Shown here: piece by piece, positions 58,581 through 64,000 of the stretch
Layout: every line of letters begins with the position of its first letter
How positions within the stretch are numbered: the first letter of the stretch is position 1
Assembly: GCA_016204695.1 (NCBI GenBank)
Contig: JACQKD010000009.1
Span: 11,710 to 75,709 of the forward strand
Direction of reading: 5' to 3'
Length of the DNA stretch: 64,000 nucleotides
Origin: Candidatus Kaiserbacteria bacterium
GTDB taxonomy: Bacteria > Patescibacteriota > Minisyncoccia > Phycocordibacterales > UBA918
Notes under the pieces: model-generated
What the model was told of the DNA's origin: nothing
What the model saw: only the letters and a program-made list of their open reading frames with translations
Database searches by the model: none
Position numbers and translations under genes: made by a program

Positions 58581-58607
58581 ACCCCCTTGGAATCCCAAGG
58601 GGGTTTG
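58581..58607 (+). terminator. hairpin cccccttgg-aatc-ccaaggggg followed by TTTG (intrinsic terminator after secY)
   Basis: Read directly. Confidence 0.45.
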
Positions 58608-58613
58608 CGGTTA

Positions 58614-59435
58614 CTAGTGCCGATCGTTCCCGTGTCGTATTCCGGTGTACAAGGCCTCCATACCCCATCTGCGATGGCGTTTAACCTCGTGACAGTGGGC
58701 TTCTTTGGTGAGGAGGAATACCTGTTCGGACTCGATAAAGCGTCTCCCATTATCTTCCAGATAATGGGCTCTCCATTCTTCCTCTAATTCCCAGTGAGGA
58801 GTCCCTCGAAAGACAGCCAACGCTTCCATCTGTGCATCGAAAGACGCCTGGTGCTGGACAGGATCGTCCTGAGCAATCTTGTCTGCGCTTACCACGAAAC
58901 CGCCTTGACGCACGATCCTCCCAATCTCTCGGAATGCATTCCTTCGGTACGGGGAGTCCTCATTGTGGAGACAGAAGACCGTAACCACCGCATCAAAAGA
59001 GATGTCATCCTGTCTGGCGAGAAAATAGCACGCATCTGCCTCAACAAACGTGACATTTTTATGCCCTCTCAAGGCGTTCTTTGCTTGGTCGAGCATAGTA
59101 CTGTATTTGTCCACTGCGGTAATGTGCACGTTTGGAACGTGCTGTAGCAGGGCACGGGTGGTAAGACCCGTGCCGCAACCGATTTCCAGAATGGAGATTG
59201 GCCGATTATTGGCATGGGTAGCTACCAGGCGAGCGACCTCTTCCTGCACCTCGTTGTAATGAGGTATGGCCATGAGGAGAAGGTCGTATTCAGTACCGAT
59301 CTGACCACCGTCAAAACCTGACTTTCCAGGCATAAGATTTCCTCCTGCCTTTGGGCAAACAACTCGGTTATTACTCCTTACAAAACTGTGCTTTATAGTC
59401 TGATTTACATCAACTTTAGATCCAGAAAATAGCAA
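58614..59435 (-). CDS. class I SAM-dependent methyltransferase
   Basis: Motif I ILEIGCGTGLTTRAL. Confidence 0.65.
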   Translation of the reverse strand: MLFSGSKVDVNQTIKHSFVRSNNRVVCPKAGGNLMPGKSGFDGGQIGTEYDLLLMAIPHYNEVQEEVARLVATHANNRPISILEIGCGTGLTTRALLQHVPNVHITAVDKYSTMLDQAKNALRGHKNVTFVEADACYFLARQDDISFDAVVTVFCLHNEDSPYRRNAFREIGRIVRQGGFVVSADKIAQDDPVQHQASFDAQMEALAVFRGTPHWELEEEWRAHYLEDNGRRFIESEQVFLLTKEAHCHEVKRHRRWGMEALYTGIRHGNDRH

Positions 59436-59501
59436 ATATATGTTTTATTTAATATATAAAAGTCTGTTGACATGCTTTCAACAAATTGGTAGGTTTTAGG
59501 T

Positions 59502-60257
59502 ATGTTTGAGGAAGATTTCGGGAAATTGGGACTTAATGAGAATGAACAGGAGGTGTATCTCGCGGTTCTAAAGGCTGGAAAGGTGTCTCCCCAGAGGGTG
59601 GCAAAGCTTACGGGTGTCAATCGCACCACGGTCTACAGCATCGTCCGCAAGCTCGCGGGGCTTGGCCTCCTCCATGAGGATTTAGGGTCGAAGGTACAGT
59701 ATCTCTCCGCAGAATCGCCGGAGGCGTTCGGACGGCTGATCGATCGCGAACAGCGCGCCGTCGAGGAGAAGAAAAAGGCCGCGCGGCGTCTCACCGAAGA
59801 GCTTGCGGCGTTCGGCGCGGGCAAGCATTATTCGGTGCCGCGGATCAAGTTTGTCGAAGAGCGGGATCTCTCCGACTATCTCTACCAGCGCTATCCGGCG
59901 TGGGCCGAGAGCGGCGCGCGGCGAGACAATACGTGGTGGGGCTACCATGACCACTCCTGCACGGAGACGTACGGACAGTGGATCGACTGGAGTTGGAAAC
60001 AGCCGCCGCGCGGTGTCTCGGTACGGTTCTTCACGAACGCGGCCGACAGCGAGCGGAAGATGAAGGAGAAGCATCCGGACCGTCTCGTGAAAGTTCTTTC
60101 CGATTCGAAGGACTTTGATTCAAGTATGTGGGTGATCGGCGACTACACCATCATGGTGCAGACGCGGGAACGCCCGCATTATCTCGTCGAAATTCACGAC
60201 TCCGTTTTTTCGCGAAATCAGCGACAGCTTTTCAAAACGCTTTGGGAGAAGGACTGA
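59502..60257 (+). CDS. TrmB-family-like HTH transcriptional regulator
   Basis: N-terminal LNENEQEVYLAVLKAGKVSPQRVAKLTGVNRTTVYSIVRKL winged-helix. Inference. Confidence 0.45.
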   Translation: MFEEDFGKLGLNENEQEVYLAVLKAGKVSPQRVAKLTGVNRTTVYSIVRKLAGLGLLHEDLGSKVQYLSAESPEAFGRLIDREQRAVEEKKKAARRLTEELAAFGAGKHYSVPRIKFVEERDLSDYLYQRYPAWAESGARRDNTWWGYHDHSCTETYGQWIDWSWKQPPRGVSVRFFTNAADSERKMKEKHPDRLVKVLSDSKDFDSSMWVIGDYTIMVQTRERPHYLVEIHDSVFSRNQRQLFKTLWEKD

Positions 60258-60308
60258 TTCCGGGCGCTCCACTTTCGCGACACTGAAGAAACTGCTATTC
60301 TAGGCGGT

Positions 60309-60908
60309 ATGGCGGATCACGATTTCACCGGGCATCTCATCGTCTTTGTCGGCACGCCGGGAAGCGGAAAGGGGGTATTGCGCGAATATGTTCGCGAGGT
60401 CTTTCCGCAGTTGCATTTTGCGGTGTCGTGCACGACACGGACTCGGCGCCCGGGAGAAATTGACGGCAAGGATTATTTTTTTATCACAAAAGAAGAATTT
60501 CAAAAACGGATCGACGAGGGAGCGTTTCTCGAGTGGATCGAACAGGACGGCGGCAATATGTACGGGACACTGAAGTCCGAGATTCTCGAGCCGCTTGCTC
60601 GCGGAGAAGTTGTCGTTCGCGAAGTGGAGGTGCGCGGCGTAGAGGCGATCAGGAACATTGTCCCCGCCGAGAACCGCACCATTATCTTTATTGAAGCGGA
60701 TACGTGGGACATACTGCAGAGACGCATACAGGAGCGCGCGCCCATTTCACCCGAGGAACTCGAAAAACGCAGAGAGCGGTATGAACGCGAGCGGCTTTTT
60801 ATGCCCTCAGCGGACATTGTGGTGCACAATTACGACGGCAAGCTCGACGATGCACAGCGCGAGCTCAAAGATGCGATAGCGGGCATACTTGAGAAAGTTG
60901 TGCAATAA
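60309..60908 (+). CDS. gmk: guanylate kinase
   Basis: P-loop GTPGSGKG. CTTRTRRPGEIDGKDYFFITKEEF...GAFLEW. Confidence 0.7.
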   Translation: MADHDFTGHLIVFVGTPGSGKGVLREYVREVFPQLHFAVSCTTRTRRPGEIDGKDYFFITKEEFQKRIDEGAFLEWIEQDGGNMYGTLKSEILEPLARGEVVVREVEVRGVEAIRNIVPAENRTIIFIEADTWDILQRRIQERAPISPEELEKRRERYERERLFMPSADIVVHNYDGKLDDAQRELKDAIAGILEKVVQ

Positions 60909-60923
60909 TACCGGCGCATAACC

Positions 60924-61529
60924 ATGTCTCCATACACCATCATCTTCATCGGGCCGCAGGGAAGCGGCAAAGGGACGCAGATCGAGAGACTCGACGCGGC
61001 ACTGCGCGTGCGCCATCCGACCGACCGGATCGTCACACTGCAGACCGGGCGCCTCTTTCGCGCGCTTGCGCACAAGCAAGTCAACTACACCGAACGGCAC
61101 GTCAGCGAGACGATCGACACCGGCATCCTCCAGCCGCACTTTCTCACCGTCGTGCTTTGGGGGGAGGTGCTCGTGAGTCAGCTTGATCCGACTTCGCACC
61201 TGCTCATCGACGGCGTACCGCGCACGCTTGAGCAGGCGCACTTGCTCGACGAAGCATTTCGCTTTTACAACCGCGGTACGTTGACCATCGTCAATCTCGT
61301 CGCTTCGGACGACGTGGTGCGTGAACGTATGCAAGGTCGTGCTCGTCCCGATGATACGCCGGAGGCGATCGAAGAGCGCCTGCGCGCCTACCACACGGAC
61401 ACCGTTCCGGTGCTCGATTTCTACCGCGCCCGTCCCGATACGGTCGTGCTCGACATCGACGGTACGAAATCCGTCGAAGAAATACACGATGCGATTCTCG
61501 AAGGTATCGGATCATCCCGCAAACAATGA
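60924..61529 (+). CDS. adk: adenylate kinase
   Basis: IIFIGPQGSGKGTQ. LID-less short form. Confidence 0.85.
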   Translation: MSPYTIIFIGPQGSGKGTQIERLDAALRVRHPTDRIVTLQTGRLFRALAHKQVNYTERHVSETIDTGILQPHFLTVVLWGEVLVSQLDPTSHLLIDGVPRTLEQAHLLDEAFRFYNRGTLTIVNLVASDDVVRERMQGRARPDDTPEAIEERLRAYHTDTVPVLDFYRARPDTVVLDIDGTKSVEEIHDAILEGIGSSRKQ

Positions 61530-62302
61530 TCAAGCTGAAGACACACGAAGAGGTCGTCTCCTTGCGAAAGGGCGGTCGCATACTCGCGCGCATTCTCGAC
61601 GAGCTCTCCCTCCTTGTCGCGCCCGGCGTCTCGACCGAAGAGCTTAATGACGAGGCGCTTGAAAAAATAGAACGCGCCGGAGCGGAGCCGGTGCTCCTCG
61701 GGTATCATCCAGAGTTTGCGCCGCGTCCGTATCCCGCGGCCATCTGTACGTCCATCAACGATGTGGTGGTACATGGCATTCCGAACGAACCGTCTGTCGT
61801 GTTACAGGAAGGCGACGTTGTCGGGATTGATTTGTCCATCGGGTATGAAGGCATGATCGTGGACTCGGCGCGCACGGTGCCGGTGGGGCTTGTGAATCCC
61901 GAAGTGCAGAAGCTCATCAACATCACCAAAGAAGCGCTCGCGGTCGGCATCAAAGCGGCGAAGGCTGGCGGGCATGTCGGCGATATCGGTGCGGCGATAG
62001 AATCATTCGTGCGTCCGCATCACTACGGTATTGTGGAAGAACTCTGCGGCCACGGCGTGGGGTACGCGGTGCACGAAGAGCCGATGGTGCAAAATGTCGG
62101 GACGCGGGGCACGGGTCCCGAACTCGAGCCCGGACTCGTGCTCGCCATCGAGCCGATGCTCACGCTCGGGGACTATAACGTGACCTTTGACAAAAAAGAC
62201 GGCTACACCGTCCGCACCAAAGACGGCTCCGTCAGTGCGCACTTCGAGCACACCATCGTCATCACCGAAAACGGCCCGGAAATTTTAACAGCTTCACGGT
62301 AA
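61526..62302 (+). CDS. map: type I methionine aminopeptidase
   Basis: Metal-ligand pattern D...D...H...E...E. VHGIPN. HEEPMV. Confidence 0.9.
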   Translation: MIKLKTHEEVVSLRKGGRILARILDELSLLVAPGVSTEELNDEALEKIERAGAEPVLLGYHPEFAPRPYPAAICTSINDVVVHGIPNEPSVVLQEGDVVGIDLSIGYEGMIVDSARTVPVGLVNPEVQKLINITKEALAVGIKAAKAGGHVGDIGAAIESFVRPHHYGIVEELCGHGVGYAVHEEPMVQNVGTRGTGPELEPGLVLAIEPMLTLGDYNVTFDKKDGYTVRTKDGSVSAHFEHTIVITENGPEILTASR

Positions 62303-62321
62303 CTCGTATCTAATCTCATAC

Positions 62322-63167
62322 ATGAAATCTTTTCTATACAACTTTGCACGCCTCATCATACTCGTCGTAGCGATCATCGGTACGTTTACCGTATGTCTTA
62401 CGATATGGGGAGTATGGTATGACGAGTGGAGCGGATACAGCGCGAGCGTCGCCGTAAGCGACGGCTCATGCAATATCGCCGTTGCTCCCGTGATGGGGGA
62501 CATCGTTACCGTCCCGTACGCGAGCAACCCGGAGGATCCTGCCGCAGGAGGCGGTGCCAATGTCGATGCGGTACTCGCCTATTTGCGCCAAGCGGAAAAT
62601 GACCCGTACATAGAGGGCATTCTTGTTCGCATCGACTCGTACGGCGGCATGCCTGCTGGCTCGGAGATGATCGCAAATGCGGTTAAAAATTCCGCGCTTC
62701 CCAGTGTCGGACTTATCCGAGAGGCGGGTACCTCCGGCGGATATTTGATTGCCACGGGAGCCGATGTTGTCATCGCTTCGCCGTTTTCTGATGTGGGCAG
62801 TATTGGCATGACCATGTCATATGTGGAGAACTGGGAGCAAAACGAACGGGACGGACTACGGTACGTCCCACTCGCATCGGCGGAGTTCAAAGACTATGGT
62901 GACCCGAACAAACCACTTACCTCTGCGGAGCACGCCCTCATTGAACGCGACCTCAAGATTTACCACGAGCAATTCGTGAAGGAAGTCGCGGAGAATCGCA
63001 ATCTGCCGATTGAAGAAGTCGCAAAGCTCGCCGACGGCTCCTCGATGCCGGGAAGTCTCGCGCTTGAACATAAACTCGTCGATGTACTCGGCGACCAAGA
63101 GACAGCCAGAACGTGGTTTGCGGAACAGCTCGGTATCCCACCGGAGGAGGTGGTATTTTGCGAGTGA
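62322..63167 (+). CDS. signal peptide peptidase SppA-like (S49) serine protease, membrane-anchored
   Basis: N-terminal TM. IDSYGGMPAGSEM...GTSGGYLIATGAD...SIGMT. Confidence 0.55.
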   Translation: MKSFLYNFARLIILVVAIIGTFTVCLTIWGVWYDEWSGYSASVAVSDGSCNIAVAPVMGDIVTVPYASNPEDPAAGGGANVDAVLAYLRQAENDPYIEGILVRIDSYGGMPAGSEMIANAVKNSALPSVGLIREAGTSGGYLIATGADVVIASPFSDVGSIGMTMSYVENWEQNERDGLRYVPLASAEFKDYGDPNKPLTSAEHALIERDLKIYHEQFVKEVAENRNLPIEEVAKLADGSSMPGSLALEHKLVDVLGDQETARTWFAEQLGIPPEEVVFCE

Positions 63168-63218
63168 GGCGGAGCCTATTGAATGAGGCCGTTTTTTGTA
63201 CTATACTCGGCCATAATT

Positions 63219-63839
63219 ATGGAAACACCGACACAGAAGCGCGAAATGCACAAGGAGCGGACGCTTGTGATTATCAAACCCGACGGGGTCCAGCGGGGGC
63301 TCGTCGGCGAGATTATTCGCCGCTATGAGCGTACGGGGCTGAAATTCGTCGCGTTCAAATTTCTCGTGCCGACTCGGGAACAATGTCTTGTCCACTACAA
63401 CAAAGACGACGCGTGGCTTTTGCGGAAGGGCCAGCGGTTTATTGAAGATCTCAAAGCGGAGGGTATGCCCGTCGAAAAGGACGCGATGGAATACGGTAAG
63501 GGTATTATCGACACGGTCATCAAGTTCATGATGGCGGGGCCCGTGCTTGCGATGGTGATCGAAGGCAATCAGTCCGTTGCGATCGTGACCAAGATTACAG
63601 GTACGACCGAGCCTTCCACGTCGGATGTCGGGACGATCCGCGGAGATCTTACGGTGGATTCATACAGCCACTCGGCCGCACAGAATCGTTCGGTGCGCAA
63701 TCTCATCCACTGCTCCGACTCGCCCGAGGAGGCGGAACGCGAAATGCAAGTCTGGTTCAAACCGGAAGAATTGATCAATTACCGCACGACGCACGAGCGG
63801 ATACTCTACGACGTGGACCTTGACGGGATTTTCGAATAA
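63219..63839 (+). CDS. ndk: nucleoside diphosphate kinase (long form with an internal ~50-aa insertion)
   Basis: ERTLVIIKPDGVQRGLVGEIIRRYE. The catalytic His region NLIHCSDSPEEAERE. Confidence 0.7.
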   Translation: METPTQKREMHKERTLVIIKPDGVQRGLVGEIIRRYERTGLKFVAFKFLVPTREQCLVHYNKDDAWLLRKGQRFIEDLKAEGMPVEKDAMEYGKGIIDTVIKFMMAGPVLAMVIEGNQSVAIVTKITGTTEPSTSDVGTIRGDLTVDSYSHSAAQNRSVRNLIHCSDSPEEAEREMQVWFKPEELINYRTTHERILYDVDLDGIFE

Positions 63840-64000
63840 CCCCCTTGGCACCTTTTTTGGGAGTGGTATGCTATAGACGAGGGTTGCTGAATGCATGTTT
63901 CTCTTAACGCATTACCCAGGGAGTTCAAACTCACAATGTGCCAATGAGAACCAGTCGTGGATTTCAGCAGCAATTGGATAGAACACCCACCTAGTCTGTA

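Noticed and set aside
1-64000. CRISPR arrays, rRNA genes, transposases and integrases
   Set aside because: No spaced direct-repeat arrays, no rRNA-like stretches and no ORF with recombinase (R..HxxR..Y or serine-recombinase) signatures were seen.

Overview
This 64-kb window is a gene-dense bacterial chromosome segment with high GC content. Its gene content resembles a Patescibacteria/CPR-like organism (short YidC, no rpmD, many small membrane and secreted proteins), but that lineage assignment is an inference.

Reading left to right, the window contains:
- A 3'-truncated LysM/M23 peptidase on the minus strand, then pcrA/uvrD and rsmA.
- A ~12-kb plus-strand operon of secreted and membrane proteins. 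It encodes a VirB4-like ATPase that is split into two in-frame ORFs, and it resembles a type-IV-secretion-like apparatus.
- The replication-origin locus: yidC, rnpA and rpmH on the minus strand diverge from dnaA and dnaN on the plus strand. DnaA-box-like motifs and an AT-rich stretch lie in the dnaA-dnaN spacer.
- A small dnaN-downstream gene set (DciA-like, HD-domain, YbaK-like), then PBP1A, tyrS, yebC-ruvC and ruvB.
- tuf followed by the S10/spc/alpha ribosomal-protein cluster (rpsJ through secY), then gmk, adk, map, an SppA-like protease and ndk.

The ribosomal cluster is broken in two places:
- Between rpsJ and rplC sits a minus-strand two-component/FIST sensor module. It is followed by a promoter and a leader hairpin in front of rplC.
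- Between rplB and rpsS sits an ~11.7-kb accessory island. It is bounded by twin palindromic terminators on the left and a fresh TTGACA-17-TACTAT promoter on the right.

The island encodes these genes in order:
- a 1118-aa secreted protein with a GHSxGG alpha/beta-hydrolase (lipase-like) domain;
- two small polytopic membrane proteins;
- a NurA-like nuclease translationally coupled to a HerA/DUF87-like ATPase;
- a convergent 392-aa protein of unknown function;
- an HTH-XRE/Panacea(DUF4065)-type antitoxin paired with a RelE/ParE-like toxin.

The NurA/HerA-like module plus its unknown partner is the best candidate for an undescribed defence-type system. No rRNA, tRNA, CRISPR array or integrase was recognised.

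Several start coordinates are my own re-calls (GTG/TTG or internal ATG) and may be off by a few codons.
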